The notes: generated by a model from the sequence alone, not told the origin. A stretch of DNA of 64,000 nt from Anaeromyxobacter sp. (GCA_049840735.1 JASGJN010000020.1:736001-800000); one strand, 5' to 3'; counted from the stretch's first letter, positions 1 to 10,948 are shown. Translations and numbers: made by a program.

Positions 1-2
1 TG

Positions 3-1220
3 CACTGCGGCGCGCTCCCCACGCCGGCGCTCGCGCACCACGCCATGGGGCTGGGGCTCCCGGCCATCGTGGTCACCGGCAGCCACATCCCGTTCGACCG
101 CAACGGCATCAAGTTCTACACGCCGCAGGGCGAGATCCTGAAGGAAGACGAGGCGGCCATCACCGCCGCCACCGTCGCGCTGCCCGAGGGCGCCTTCGCC
201 GAGGGTCGCCTGGTGCGGCCGGCGCCGCTGCCGCCGGTGGACGCCGGCGCGCTGGCGGGCTACGTGCAGCGCTACGCCGGCTTCGTGCCGGCCGGCATCC
301 TCCGCGGCCGGCGCGTCGGCCTCTACGAGCACTCCAGCGTGGCGCGCGACGTGCTGAAGGAGCTCCTGGCCGCCCTGGGCGCCGAGGTGGTCCCGCTCGG
401 CCGCACCGACACCTTCGTGCCGGTGGACACCGAGGCGGTGAGCGAGGCCGACGAGCAGAAGGCGCGCGCCTGGGTGGCGGAGCACCGGCTGGACGCCCTG
501 GTCTCCACCGACGGTGACGCCGACCGGCCGCTCATCTCCGACGAGCGCGGCGAGTTCTTCCGCGGCGACCTGGTGGGCCTGCTCTGCGCCCGGTTCCTGG
601 GCGCGCGCACGGTGGTGACGCCGGTGAGCAGCAACACCGCCGTCGAGCGCTGCGGCGCGTTCGCCCAGGTGGTGCGCACCCGCATCGGCTCGCCCTACGT
701 GATCGCCGCCATGTCCGCGCCCGGCGCCCAGGCGCCGGTGGCCGGCTACGAGGCCAACGGCGGGTTCCTGCTGGGGAGCGAGATCGTGCGCGGCGGCGCC
801 CGGCTGGCCCCGCTGCCCACCCGCGACGCCGCCCTGCCCATCGTGGCCCTGCTGGTCGCCGCCGCCGAGCGCGGCCAGCCGCTCTCCGCGCTGCGCCAGG
901 GCCTCCCGGCCCGCTTCACCGCCAGCGACCGGATCGCGGCCTTCGAGACGGCGAAGAGCCAGCGGCTGCTGGCGCGGCTCAGCGGCGATCCCGCCGCGCT
1001 GCGCGCGTTCTTCCAGCCGCTGGGCGCGCCCGCCGGCGTGGACCAGACCGACGGGCTCCGGGTGACGCTCGGGAGCGGCGAGATCGTCCACCTGCGGCCG
1101 TCCGGCAACGCCCCCGAGCTCCGCTGCTACGCCGAGGCGGACTCCCCGGAGCGCGCCCGCGAGCTGCTCGCCTGGGGCCTGCAGACCGCCCGGGCCAGCG
1201 CGGAGCAGCCCTCCACCTGA
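3..1220 (+). CDS. manB: Phosphomannomutase/phosphoglucomutase (5' end lies outside the window)
   Basis: TGSHIP phosphoserine loop, DGDADR metal-binding motif, GYEANGG sugar-binding loop, RPSGNAPELRCYAE C-terminal motif; the frame is open back to position 3. Confidence 0.92.
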   Translation, partial: HCGALPTPALAHHAMGLGLPAIVVTGSHIPFDRNGIKFYTPQGEILKEDEAAITAATVALPEGAFAEGRLVRPAPLPPVDAGALAGYVQRYAGFVPAGILRGRRVGLYEHSSVARDVLKELLAALGAEVVPLGRTDTFVPVDTEAVSEADEQKARAWVAEHRLDALVSTDGDADRPLISDERGEFFRGDLVGLLCARFLGARTVVTPVSSNTAVERCGAFAQVVRTRIGSPYVIAAMSAPGAQAPVAGYEANGGFLLGSEIVRGGARLAPLPTRDAALPIVALLVAAAERGQPLSALRQGLPARFTASDRIAAFETAKSQRLLARLSGDPAALRAFFQPLGAPAGVDQTDGLRVTLGSGEIVHLRPSGNAPELRCYAEADSPERARELLAWGLQTARASAEQPST

Positions 1221-1225
1221 GGCCC

Positions 1226-1258
1226 TGGGGGGGCCGCCGCGGACCGGCGCGGCCCCCC
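1226..1258 (+). terminator. GC-rich hairpin after manB
   Basis: A G-run followed by CCGC pairs with GCGG followed by a C-run just after the stop; no clear U-tract. Confidence 0.4.
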
Positions 1259-1275
1259 GGCCTTATACCTCCCGC

Positions 1276-2064
1276 ATGCGCTTCGCAGCCGGGGTGGACG
1301 CCTACGATCGCTCGGTCGGGCGCTATTCGCAGCAGGTGGCGCCGCGGTTCGCGGCCTTCGCCGGCGTGGACGCGCTCGCGCGCGGCCGGGTGCTGGACGT
1401 GGGCTGCGGCCCGGGGGCGCTGGCCGCCTGGCTGGCGGAGCGGCGCGGCGGCGCGGCGCTGTCCGCCGTGGACCCCACCGAGCACTTCGTGGAGGCCTGC
1501 CGGGAGCGCATCCCGGGCGCCGACGTCCGGCTCGCGCCCGCCGAGGCGCTCCCGTTCCCGGACGCGACCTTCGAGGCGGCGCTGGCGCAGCTGGTCTTCA
1601 GCTTCGTCGCCGACGGCCCGCGCGCCGCGGCGGAGATGGCGCGGGTGGTGCGCCCGGGCGGCGTGGTGGCCACCTGCAACTTCGAGGCGGAGTCCTTCGG
1701 GCCGGCCCGCGCCTTCTGGGCCGCCGCGCGCAGGTTCGATCCGGCGGCGCCGGACGACGTGCACCTGCCCTACCGGCGCGAGCCGGAGCTGCTGGGCCTG
1801 CTCCAGGGCGCGGGGCTCCGCGAGGTGCGGGCCGGGAGCTTCGACATCGAGGTGGACTACGATCGCTTCGACGAGCTCTGGGAGATGTTCGCCGGCGGCG
1901 TCGGCCCGACCGGCGGCTACCTCCTGGCGCAGCCGCCGGAGCGGCGCGAGGCGCTCCGCCAGGCCTTGCACGAGTCCCTGGGGCGCCCCCGGGCCGGGTT
2001 CGCGCTCACCGCCCGGGTCATCGCGGTGGCGGGCCGCCGGCCTGAGGCTCAGGGCTCGGCGTAG
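1276..2064 (+). CDS. Class I SAM-dependent methyltransferase
   Basis: VLDVGCGPG motif I, AEALPFPDATFE motif, 'ARVVRPGG' motif. Confidence 0.9.
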   Translation: MRFAAGVDAYDRSVGRYSQQVAPRFAAFAGVDALARGRVLDVGCGPGALAAWLAERRGGAALSAVDPTEHFVEACRERIPGADVRLAPAEALPFPDATFEAALAQLVFSFVADGPRAAAEMARVVRPGGVVATCNFEAESFGPARAFWAAARRFDPAAPDDVHLPYRREPELLGLLQGAGLREVRAGSFDIEVDYDRFDELWEMFAGGVGPTGGYLLAQPPERREALRQALHESLGRPRAGFALTARVIAVAGRRPEAQGSA

Positions 2065-4300
2065 ACCGCGGCCTCGGTCATCAGCACCGCCGGGAACTCC
2101 ACCACCCAGGCCCGGCCGTCCGGTCCGAAGCCGGCGGAGATCCCGGACCCGCTGGGCCAGGGCGAGAGCGGCTGGCACCCCCAGCTCCCCTCCGCCCGCG
2201 CGCAGAAGACGGCCGGCTCGCTGGCGTCGGGGAGCTTCCCGCTCCCCACCGCCACGATCCGCCCGTCCGGCAGGCGCTGCGCGGCCGCCACGAAGTCGTC
2301 GTAGCCGTGCTGGCACAGGTCCACCGGCGCGCCCCATGCGCCGCCCAGCTTCTCGACGTAGGCCAGCCGCTCGCCCGCGCGCCGGAGGAACAGCCCCAGG
2401 TGCCCGGCGTCGCCGGGCGCGAGCGTGAGGCCGGTGCCCGTCCCCGGCTCGACCGGCACCTGCTCCTCGAGCCACTGGCCCGCCGCGCTGCGGGTGAGCA
2501 GCGCGATGCGCGGCACGTTGACGTTGCCGGGGAACCGCTCCCAGACCAGCTGCGCCAGGAAGGCGGTCCCGTCCGGCGCCACCTGGAAGGCGGTGCGCAG
2601 CACGAAGGGGATCGGTCAGGCCGTGGAGGACGAGGGGGGTCGCGACCCAGCCCGCCCCGGTCCTGACCTGGTGAACCAGGTCCAGCCCCAGGGTCGAGGT
2701 GTCGTAGACCAGGTGCGGCGTGCCGGCCGCGTCCACGCCGAAGGTCGCGTTCTCCTGGTAGCCCGGGATGGGCAAGGCGTCCTCGGTGTGCCAGGCCCCG
2801 GCGGCGTACCAGTGGTGCGTCGCGGTCCAGACGCGCGGGTCGGACTGGGTGAGGTCGATCGAGAGCGCGTGCGGCTGGCCCTGGCCGTCGAGGAGCACGT
2901 AGGGCGGCTCGAAGCCCGCCGCCACCGGCGCCGGGTAGGCCTCCCAGCCGGAGGCGGTGGCCCGCCACACGGCGTCCGGCGAGCCGGCGTGGAAGCGCGC
3001 CGCCGCGTCCATCACCACGCGCCGCGCGGGCGGGAACGGCTGCAGCGTCCCCTCCAGCGGCACCGGGGTCGCGACCGCCGGCGCCGGAATCACCGCCTCG
3101 TCGCTGGGGGCCGCCGCCGTCCCCTTCACGGCCAGCACCCGGTAGCGCGTCCCGGGCCAGAGCAGGTCGGCCGGATCGTCGTACGACGCGGCGCCAGCCG
3201 CGAGGTCCGGGAACGACCACCAGTCCCAGAGGTCGGCGCGCTGCACGCGCAGCCCGGTGGCGGTGGTGCTGCGGTTGGTCCACTGGACGGCGAAGCCGGT
3301 GCCGGTGCCCTGCACCCGGACGTCGCGCGGCCGCACCAGCTCCAGCGCGGGCGACGTCGCGGTGACCGGCTCGCTGGTGAGCGCGCCGCGCGCGTAGGTG
3401 AGGCGGTAGACGTAGGACCTGGGGTCGAGCACGTCGGCGTCCACGTAGCGGGTGGCCGGGAACGAGACCGGCAGCACCGTCCACGCGCCGTGACCGCCGC
3501 CGGCCAGCACCTCCGCCCGGGCCAGCTCCAGCGCGTTGGCCTGGGTGGACGCGTTCTCCCAGCTCACGGTGATGGGGTCGATGGGCGCGCCCAGCGGCCG
3601 GGCGGGCTCCGCCGCCAGCCCGGTCGCCGAGCGGATGGGCCAGTCGATGTGCACGGCCGGAGCGTAGATCCAGGCGGAGAAGGTGCCGCCCAGGCCGTTG
3701 CGCAGCCGGTAGCCGTACGTGTGGCCCGGGGTCACCGCCGCGTCCTCGCAGGTCTCCGCGCCGAAGGCGCACCAAAGCGGCGTCCAGGCCCCTTCCTCCT
3801 CGGACCGCTCGGCCTGCAGCTCGCTGGCGACCAGCGAGCCGGTGCCCCGAGCGGATCACCACCGGCCCGCTGATGCCGCCGTCGGCCCAGGTGCCGGTCG
3901 CGAAGTCCACCAGGTAGGGCGGCCGGACCCCGCGCTGCGCGCTGACCTCGTTGCTCGGCGGGGAGGTGCTGGAGCCGCGGTAGGTGCGGGCCCGGAAGCC
4001 GAGCGTGACCAGCTCCGGGATCTCCGCGGGGATCGGGACGTACACCCCGATCACCTCGGGACCGCCCTCGTCGCGCCAGACCTCCTCGAACGGCCCGTCG
4101 CCGATGCGGGCCTCCACCACGTAGCCGTCGTACGAGCCGCCGGGCGGGGTCCAGGTCAGCTCCAGCTCGTCGAACGACAGCGCGTGGAGCTGGAGCGCGG
4201 AAGGCGCCCCGATGGCTGGGCCCGCGCCGCCTCCTCCGCATCCCCAGGGCGTGAGCAGCAGCACCGCGAACAGCCGCCTGCACCAGCGGGCTCGGGCCAT
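2049..4300 (-). CDS. Large putative lipoprotein with fibronectin-III-like domains and a beta-propeller-like C-terminus (two frameshifts, ~3848 and ~2610)
   Basis: Signal peptide with lipobox-like LLLTPWG-C; Fn3-like segments (APSAL..LTWTPP..GYVVE, YRVLAV, YRLTY) continue across three ORF-track frames (2081..4804, 979..3735, 2049..2603). Confidence 0.65.
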
Positions 4301-4497
4301 GGCGCGCCTCCGCCGGATCATCGACCCGCCGGGCGCAGGAGGGTGGGCGGCCAGATGGGGGCTCGGCTGGCTGGTGGGCCCGTCCTCACCTGTCCGTGGC
4401 GTGCCCGGACCCGCGCGCCGGAGAGAACGTGCTACAGCTTTGGTGCATGCGGCGCGGCGGGGCGATCCCGCTCCCCCGACGCCGGACGAGGTGGCGC

Positions 4498-4867
4498 ATG
4501 GAGGTCGAGCTCTGCCGGACCTGCGGCGGCGATGGCCGGATTCGGGAACGCGTTCGGCGGCAGCAACGCCAGGTGCCCGAGCTGTCACGGCACGGGCCGG
4601 CGCGCCGACTCCAGCGCCATGTTCCACGACGTCACCAAGACCAAGCCGTCGCACTACCGCCCTGCCCCGGTGGCGCCCGCCGGCCCGAAGGTGCCCGTCA
4701 CCAGCATGGGGATCGCGCTCGCGGCCGAGGTGAACGCCACGGCGCTCGCCGCCGAGGCCAAGTCGCGGCTGGTGGCGGAGATCATGAACCACGAGAGCAC
4801 GCACGGTCAGTGCACCAAGACCTTCGTGAAGAAGCTGCGGAAGCAGCTGAAGGCCGGCGGGAGCTGA
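4498..4867 (+). CDS. Small protein with a DnaJ-type zinc finger (frameshift ~4543)
   Basis: Joined reading MEVELCRTCGGDGRI/GNAFGGSNARCPSCHGTG gives two CxxCxGxG repeats; GAGG RBS upstream. Confidence 0.7.
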
Positions 4868-4927
4868 CGGCGGCGCGGCGGCCCCCGGCCCTTGGCCGAG
4901 GGCGCTGATCGCGGGCGCGGGGCGCGG

Positions 4928-5206
4928 CTACTTCTCTTCCTCGCAGCGCTCGAACCAGAACTTCTTGTGCGTGACCTCCGGGTCCTCCCGGACGATCTCG
5001 TTGCCGTCGTTCTTCATCGCCTTGAGCACCGTGTGCAGGTACTCCGTGCCGAGGTGCTCCTGCAGGAAGATGAGCGCCTCCTTCTCGTCGGCCCACCCGT
5101 GATCGCGCGGGTAGTGCTCCATCAGGAACTCTCGCAGGTCCACCTTCTTCAGCTTGCGGGTCTCGGTGGTGGTCCAGACCTTGGTCATTCCGAGGAGGAT
5201 CTTCAT
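4928..5206 (-). CDS. Hypothetical protein (92 aa)
   Basis: Protein-like composition (K/E/F/W rich) with strong GC3 bias, unlike the shadow ORFs. Confidence 0.75.
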   Translation of the reverse strand: MKILLGMTKVWTTTETRKLKKVDLREFLMEHYPRDHGWADEKEALIFLQEHLGTEYLHTVLKAMKNDGNEIVREDPEVTHKKFWFERCEEEK

Positions 5207-5383
5207 GCCCTTGGTCCTACCCCTGAACGCGCCCGAGTTCCAGCGCTGGGTGGCAGGCCCGTCGGACTTTCGCCTGGAGCGCCCCCCGGACGCCTGGTAG
5301 CCGGCCCGGGTGCGACGGGGTCACGGCGATGGACCGGCAGGCTGCCGTTCCCCGGTTCCCGGCGCTTGACCCAGCGCCAGGAA

Positions 5384-5866
5384 TCAGTACGGCGTCCCGT
5401 CCCGGTGGGTGATGCGCGGGCGCCCGTCCGGGCCGAAGTCGAGGGCCAGGTCCTCTCCGGGATAGGTCACCCGGTCCCCGGCGGCGCGGTCGCCGACCTC
5501 GAGCACCACCACGTCCTGCGCGGTCCGGTTCTCCAGGTGATGCGCCGTCCCGCCAGCCGGGAAGCCGGCGCACATGCCCGGCGCCAGCTCCACCTCGCCC
5601 GCGTCGGTGACGAGCGTCGGGCGCCCCTCGAGCACGTACACCCACTCGTCCTGCACGGAGTGCCGGTGGTGGAGCGCCGAGACGTCGCCGGCCGGGATGC
5701 GGGTGAGGTTCACCCCGAAGGCCCTCAGCCCGAAGGCGTCGCCCAGCGCATGCTTCACCCGCCGTGAGAGACGGGAGGCGAACGGCTCGGGCAGGAGCCG
5801 GGCGCCGGCGCGCCCGGGCACCGCGGTGGCGTGGAGGGCGATGGGGGGCTTTGCGATCTCGGACAA
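5384..5866 (-). CDS. Cupin domain protein
   Basis: LGDAFGLRAFGVNL, HHRH..QDEWVYVLEG and FPAGG.AHHLEN cupin motifs. Confidence 0.9.
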   Translation of the reverse strand: MSEIAKPPIALHATAVPGRAGARLLPEPFASRLSRRVKHALGDAFGLRAFGVNLTRIPAGDVSALHHRHSVQDEWVYVLEGRPTLVTDAGEVELAPGMCAGFPAGGTAHHLENRTAQDVVVLEVGDRAAGDRVTYPGEDLALDFGPDGRPRITHRDGTPY

Positions 5867-6105
5867 GGCCGGCTCCTGGTGGCAAGGGCAGCGCGAGGTG
5901 TGCCGCTCCCCGTCACTTATCGCATCCGCGGTCGCCCCGCTCCCGGCAGTCGCCCCGGGGAGGCTGCGGAGGGGGAGCGCCTTCCCACCCGCCGCAGGGG
6001 CCGCGGGCCCGTGCCTACGTCCACGCGACCAGCAGCTCGGCAGGGGACGAACCGGCGCGGTGCAGGCGGAGGCCGGATGTGGTCGCCGCGAGGTATGGTC
6101 CGGGC

Positions 6106-8490
6106 ATGGAGGAGGCGAGCGGCTTCATCGTGGCGGCCTGGGAGGAAGGGAGCGTCGGTCGTCCCCCGGGCGCCCGCCGTGGCGGCGTGGCCGGGCGCAT
6201 CTTCCTCACCGGACGGCTCGAGGACGGCCGGAGCTTCGCCGCGGTGTCGAAGGCGCCGCCGGCGGCGCTGTACGTCGCCCAGGCGAATGGCGCCGCCGCC
6301 GCGCAGCGCGTGCCCGGGGCGGTGCTCGACGGCGCGCCGTGGTGGGACTTCTCGGGCGGGGCGCTGGCCCGGCTGGAGGTCCGGCCGGACGCGCTCGAGG
6401 GCGCCGAGCGGGCCCTCGCGTCCGCCCACCTCCCCGTCCTCGAGCGCGAGCGGCCCCGGGCCGGCCAGCTGCTCCTGTCGCTGGGCCTGCGCGGGCCGGT
6501 GACGCTGCGGGGACGGTCCACGCCCGGACGGCGCGTGGACGCGGTGTTCGTGGACCCCGAGCTCACGCCCGGCCGGACCTCCGCTGCGCTGGCCTGGCTG
6601 GCGCTCGACCTGGAGACCGATCGCGCCGGCACGGTGCTGGCGGCCTCGCTGGCCGGGGCCGGCGGTCCGGGGGAGGTGCTGTTCCTGGGGCCGGAGCTTG
6701 GCGCCCCGGCGGTCACCTCCTTCCCCTCCGAGGCGGCCCTGCTCACCGCGCTCGCCCGGCGGATCCGGGCGCGGGATCCGGACGTGATCACCGGCTGGAA
6801 CGTGATCGACTTCGACCTGCGCGTGCTGTCCAGGCGCTTCGCGGCCTGCGGCGTCCCCTTCGACGTGGGCCGGACCGCCGACGAGGCCGCCTTCGTCGAG
6901 CGCGAGGGGCGCCGCGCCGCGTTCCAGGTCCCCGGGCGCGTGGCGCTCGACGCCATGCGGCTGGTGCGCGCCTCTGGCGAGCGCTTCGAGGACCTGTCGC
7001 TGGAGGCGGTGGCCCGGGCCCTGCTCGGCGAGGGCAAGGCGGTCGCCGCGCGCGGCCTCTCCAAGCTGGACGAGCTGGACCGGCTCCGCCGCGAGGAGCC
7101 GGCCGCCTTCTGCGCCTACTGCCTGCGGGACTCGGAGCTGGTGCTGCGCATCCTGGCCCGCACCGGCCTGGACGCGCTCACCGCCAGGCGCTCGGCGCTG
7201 ACCGGCGTCTCGCTCGAGCTGGCCTGGACCAGCATCCCCGCCTTCGAGCGCATCTACGCGGCGGAGCTGCGGGCGCGGCGGATCCTGCCGCCGCCCCGGA
7301 CCGGGCACCAGGTCTCGGGGGCCGCCGGCGGCACGGTCCTCGAGGCCATCCCCGGCATCTTCCCGGGCGTGCTGGTGTTCGACTTCCGCAGCCTCTACCC
7401 GTCCGTCATGCGCACCTTCAACGTCGATCCGCTGGCGCACGCGCGGGCGGAGCGGCGCCCGCGCGACGACGGCGACCTGGTCGCGCCCAACGGCGCCCGC
7501 TTCGAGCGCGCCCCGGGGATCCTGCCGGCCATCATCACCCGCTACGCCGCCGAGCGGGAGGCGGCGCTGGCCGCCGGCGACGACACCGCCGCCTACGTCT
7601 ACAAGATCCTGCAGAACTCCTTCTACGGCGTGCTCGGCGCAGACGGCTGCCGCTACGCCCGCACCGAGCTGGCCGGCGCCATCACCTCCTTCGGCAAGCG
7701 GTACCTGACCGCGGCGCGGGACTTCTTCGAGGCGCGCGGGCTGCGCACGCTGTACGGCGACACCGACTCCGTCTTCGTCCTCTCCGGCCTGGGCGACGCC
7801 GCCAGCTTCGAGGCGCTCACGGCCATGGGCGGCCAGCTGGCGGAGGAGCTGAACGCCGCGCTGGCCGAGGACATCGCGCGCGAGCACGGCGTCCCCTCCT
7901 TCCTGCGCATCCGCTGCGAGAAGGCCTACCGCCGCTTCTTCATCCCGCGGCTCAAGCACGACCCCACCGGCGAGGCGCGCGGCCGCGCCAAGGGGTACGC
8001 GGGCCTGCGGCTCGGGCCCGGCGGCGCGGCGGACGTGGAGGTGAAGGGGATGGAGGCGGCGCGCAGCGACTTCACGCCGCTGGCGCGCCGGTTCCAGGTC
8101 GAGCTGCTGGCGCTGGCCTTCGACGGCGCGGGCGAGGAGGCGGTGCGGGACCACTGCCGCGAGGTGGTGGGCCGCCTGCAGCGCGGCGAGCTGGACGCGG
8201 AGCTGGTGTACCGCAGGTCGCTCCGCAGGCCGGCCTCCGAGTACGACTCGGAGACCCCGGCCGTGCGGGCGGCCCGGATGCTCGGCTGGACGCGCGAGCG
8301 CGGTCGCATCTCCTACGTCATGACCCGGGCCGGTCCCGAGCCCATCCAGGCCAGCACGGGCGCGCCGCTCGACTACCCGCACTACCTGGACCGGCAGCTG
8401 CTGCCCATCGCCAGCTCGGTGGCCGAGGCGCTGGGCTGGGACGCGCGGCCGTGGTTCGGCGGCGTCTCTCAGCTGGGCCTGACCTTCTAG
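6106..8490 (+). CDS. polB: Family B DNA polymerase (DNA polymerase II)
   Basis: ExoI DLE, ExoII GWNVIDFD, ExoIII YCLRD; polymerase motifs DFRSLYPS, KILQNSFYG, YGDTDS; C-terminal QLGLTF clamp-binding-like motif. Confidence 0.93.
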   Translation: MEEASGFIVAAWEEGSVGRPPGARRGGVAGRIFLTGRLEDGRSFAAVSKAPPAALYVAQANGAAAAQRVPGAVLDGAPWWDFSGGALARLEVRPDALEGAERALASAHLPVLERERPRAGQLLLSLGLRGPVTLRGRSTPGRRVDAVFVDPELTPGRTSAALAWLALDLETDRAGTVLAASLAGAGGPGEVLFLGPELGAPAVTSFPSEAALLTALARRIRARDPDVITGWNVIDFDLRVLSRRFAACGVPFDVGRTADEAAFVEREGRRAAFQVPGRVALDAMRLVRASGERFEDLSLEAVARALLGEGKAVAARGLSKLDELDRLRREEPAAFCAYCLRDSELVLRILARTGLDALTARRSALTGVSLELAWTSIPAFERIYAAELRARRILPPPRTGHQVSGAAGGTVLEAIPGIFPGVLVFDFRSLYPSVMRTFNVDPLAHARAERRPRDDGDLVAPNGARFERAPGILPAIITRYAAEREAALAAGDDTAAYVYKILQNSFYGVLGADGCRYARTELAGAITSFGKRYLTAARDFFEARGLRTLYGDTDSVFVLSGLGDAASFEALTAMGGQLAEELNAALAEDIAREHGVPSFLRIRCEKAYRRFFIPRLKHDPTGEARGRAKGYAGLRLGPGGAADVEVKGMEAARSDFTPLARRFQVELLALAFDGAGEEAVRDHCREVVGRLQRGELDAELVYRRSLRRPASEYDSETPAVRAARMLGWTRERGRISYVMTRAGPEPIQASTGAPLDYPHYLDRQLLPIASSVAEALGWDARPWFGGVSQLGLTF

Positions 8491-8661
8491 GCGCCCAGGC
8501 GCCCGGGGCCCGTTCGCCCCACCCGCCGCCCCTCCGCGCCGCCGCATCTCGGCCGGGCGCCCGGCCGCCCAGCCGCCCGGGATACACCTTGAGTGGAACC
8601 CGACTCGCCCCCGCCGGCGCTGCGGCGCGGCCGTATCCTCGGCTCCGGCCGGAGGCGGAAC

Positions 8662-9918
8662 ATGGACACGGACGCGAGCTGCCGGTGGTGGGTCGCGGCC
8701 TCGGTTGCGGCCGCGGTTGCAGCAGGCCTGGCGTGCGGGGGCGGTGAGGGGGCAGCCCCGCCCGGCGGAGCAGACGCCGCCGCCGCTGCGCCGATCGACA
8801 CGGCGCAGGGCGGCCAGGGCGTGTGGGTGCGGCGGCTGGGAGGGCTCGGGACGGAGCAGGTGGTGTCGATGGGCGCTGGCGGGGGCGGCACCACCGTGCT
8901 GAACCTGGTCGGCGACCCGGGGCCCACCGGGCTGCCGCCGTACGACCTGGGCCTGGTGCGGCTGCGTGACGACGGCTCCATCGCGTGGGCGAAGCCGTTC
9001 CACGGGTCCTACGGCCTGACCTGGCTCTCCGTGGCCGTGAGCGGCATGGGGAACACCTTCCTCTCGTTCCACACCGACTGCGTCGTGGGGAACGGCTGCA
9101 TGGACCTCGGCGCCGGCCAGGCCACCGGGAGCGTGGTGGTGAAGCTCGACCCCTCCGGCCGCGTGGTCTGGCAGCGGGCCATCGCGGCCACCGACGGCCT
9201 CTCCGCCGTGACCGTGGACGGGAACGGCGGGGTGGCGCTGGCGGTGTACCGCGACGGGAAGCGGCTGGTCCGGTACCGCTGGGACGGCTCGCGCGTCTAC
9301 GACGTGGCCGCGCCGGACGTAGGCGGACCCGCCGGGCCATACCCGCTGGCCATCGGGCTCGACCCCGCCGGCAACCTGGCCGTTGGCGACGGGTCGGCGT
9401 TCTACGTGCTCGACCCCTCCGGCAAGCTGCGCTGGAAGGCCGACCTCGGCGCCGGCCGGATCGTCTCCATCGGCGCGACGGCGCGGGGGACGGTGGTGGC
9501 CGTGGCCGAGTTCCAGGACGTCATCGAGTGGGCCGGCACGCGCGCCATCACGCGCGGCGGGGTGAGCGGCGTCTTCCTGGCCGTCGCCGAGGCCAGCGGA
9601 GCGCCCCGGTTCGGACGCGAGGTCGGGGGAGACGAGCGATCGGTCCGGGGCGCGGCGGTGGACCCAGCCGGCCGCGTGGCCATCCTCACCACGGCCTTCG
9701 GCGGCGCCGTCCCCCGCGACCGGCTCGAGAAGTGGAACCTGGCCGGCGAGCTGCTCTGGTCGCGCGAGCTGGGCGCGACGGCCTGGGCCGTGACGGTCGA
9801 TCCCGCCTCGCACCACGTGCGCGCCGGCGGGGCGCTCTACGGGACGGTCGACTTCGGCACCGGGCCGACCACCTCCCGCGGCGACAGCGACGGCTGGGTG
9901 CTGGACGTGCTGCCTTGA
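8662..9918 (+). CDS. Putative lipoprotein with beta-propeller repeats
   Basis: Lipobox AGLA-C; repeated 'KLDPSG..W' and 'VDxxG' blade motifs; GGAGG RBS. Confidence 0.75.
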   Translation: MDTDASCRWWVAASVAAAVAAGLACGGGEGAAPPGGADAAAAAPIDTAQGGQGVWVRRLGGLGTEQVVSMGAGGGGTTVLNLVGDPGPTGLPPYDLGLVRLRDDGSIAWAKPFHGSYGLTWLSVAVSGMGNTFLSFHTDCVVGNGCMDLGAGQATGSVVVKLDPSGRVVWQRAIAATDGLSAVTVDGNGGVALAVYRDGKRLVRYRWDGSRVYDVAAPDVGGPAGPYPLAIGLDPAGNLAVGDGSAFYVLDPSGKLRWKADLGAGRIVSIGATARGTVVAVAEFQDVIEWAGTRAITRGGVSGVFLAVAEASGAPRFGREVGGDERSVRGAAVDPAGRVAILTTAFGGAVPRDRLEKWNLAGELLWSRELGATAWAVTVDPASHHVRAGGALYGTVDFGTGPTTSRGDSDGWVLDVLP

Positions 9919-10023
9919 TCCGACGGGGGGCGGACGCCGCGCGCCCGCCCCCTTTCCCGCCTCCCCTCCCCGCCCTGCACCGCCGGCTCGCGCGGGCCCG
10001 GGACCCCATGAGTGACTTGCCGC

Positions 10024-10047
10024 GTATATGACCGAGTACGCATATAC
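10024..10047. promoter_or_regulatory. Inverted repeat GTATATG-N10-CATATAC, likely ArsR operator
   Basis: Perfect 7-bp AT-rich arms ending 5 nt before the ArsR start codon; TTGCCG -35-like hexamer at 10017-10022. Confidence 0.65.
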
Positions 10048-10052
10048 CGGCC

Positions 10053-10385
10053 ATGGAATCCTCCTTCGCGATCATCGCGGAGCCGAGCCGGCGGGCCATC
10101 CTGAGCCTGCTGGCCAGCTCCGAGCGGTCGGTCGGTGAGCTCGAGCACGAGCTGCGCATGCCCCAGACCTCGGTGTCCAAGCACCTGCGCGTGCTGCGCG
10201 AGGCCGGGCTGGTGGAGTCGCGGGTCGAGGCGCAGCGGCGCGTCTACCAGCTCCGGCCCGAGCCGCTCCTGGAGGTGGACGCCTGGCTGGCCCCGTTCCG
10301 GCGCTTCTGGGCCAGCCACGTGGACGCGCTGGAGCGCCACCTCGAATCGGATGGAGCTGTCCTCAGGAAAGGAAGGCACGGATGA
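10053..10385 (+). CDS. ArsR/SmtB family transcriptional regulator
   Basis: AEPSRRAILSLL..SVGEL..QTSVSKHLRVLREAGLV winged HTH. Confidence 0.92.
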   Translation: MESSFAIIAEPSRRAILSLLASSERSVGELEHELRMPQTSVSKHLRVLREAGLVESRVEAQRRVYQLRPEPLLEVDAWLAPFRRFWASHVDALERHLESDGAVLRKGRHG

Positions 10386-10948
10386 GTCAGCGCGAGCAGT
10401 ACCGGCCCGGCCCCGCCGCCGGAGCCCGGGTGCAGGCCGACGGTGAGCAGTGGACGCTGGTCCTGGTCCGCGACCTGCGCCATCCCCCGGCGCGCGTCTG
10501 GGAGGCCCTCACGGATCCCGCGCACCTGGTGGAGTGGGCGCCCTTCAACGCCGATCGCAGCCTGGCCAGCGCGGGCGCGGTGAGGCTCGAGACCGTCGGG
10601 GCGCCCTCGCCCCAGGTCTCGGAGGGCGTGGTGAAGCGGGCCGAGCGGCCCCGGCTGCTCGAGTACAGCTGGGGCGGGAGCGACCTCCGTTGGGAGCTCG
10701 AGCCGGTCGGCGCCGGCACCCGGCTCACGCTGTGGCACGCCATCGACCGCGGCTTCATCGCCTGGGGCGCCGCCGGCTGGCACGTCTGCTTCGACGTGCT
10801 GGAGCGGTTCCTGGACGGTGAGCCCATCGGGCGCATCGTCGGCGCCGAGGCCCTGCGGTTCGAGGGTTGGCAGCGCCTGACCGCGGAGTATGCGCAGCAG
10901 TTCGGCCTCGCTCCGGCGGGCGGGCCGCCGGCCGGAGTGACCCGCTGA
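10382..10948 (+). CDS. SRPBCC/AHSA1 family protein
   Basis: RDLRHPPARVWEALTDP..W, LRWEL..GTRLTL, AGWHVCFD; ATGA overlap with the ArsR gene. Confidence 0.9.
   Translation: MSQREQYRPGPAAGARVQADGEQWTLVLVRDLRHPPARVWEALTDPAHLVEWAPFNADRSLASAGAVRLETVGAPSPQVSEGVVKRAERPRLLEYSWGGSDLRWELEPVGAGTRLTLWHAIDRGFIAWGAAGWHVCFDVLERFLDGEPIGRIVGAEALRFEGWQRLTAEYAQQFGLAPAGGPPAGVTR

Noticed and set aside
6106..8490. Phage or mobile-element origin of the family B polymerase
   Set aside because: It resembles chromosomal Pol II with a clamp motif and host-like composition; no phage or integrase genes nearby
5917..9816. Very long antisense or alternative-frame ORFs (e.g. 5917..9816, 31899..35963, 37081..42783, 51860..56749)
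   Set aside because: Shadow ORFs typical of high-GC DNA, overlapping well-supported genes, R/A/G/P-rich and without motifs
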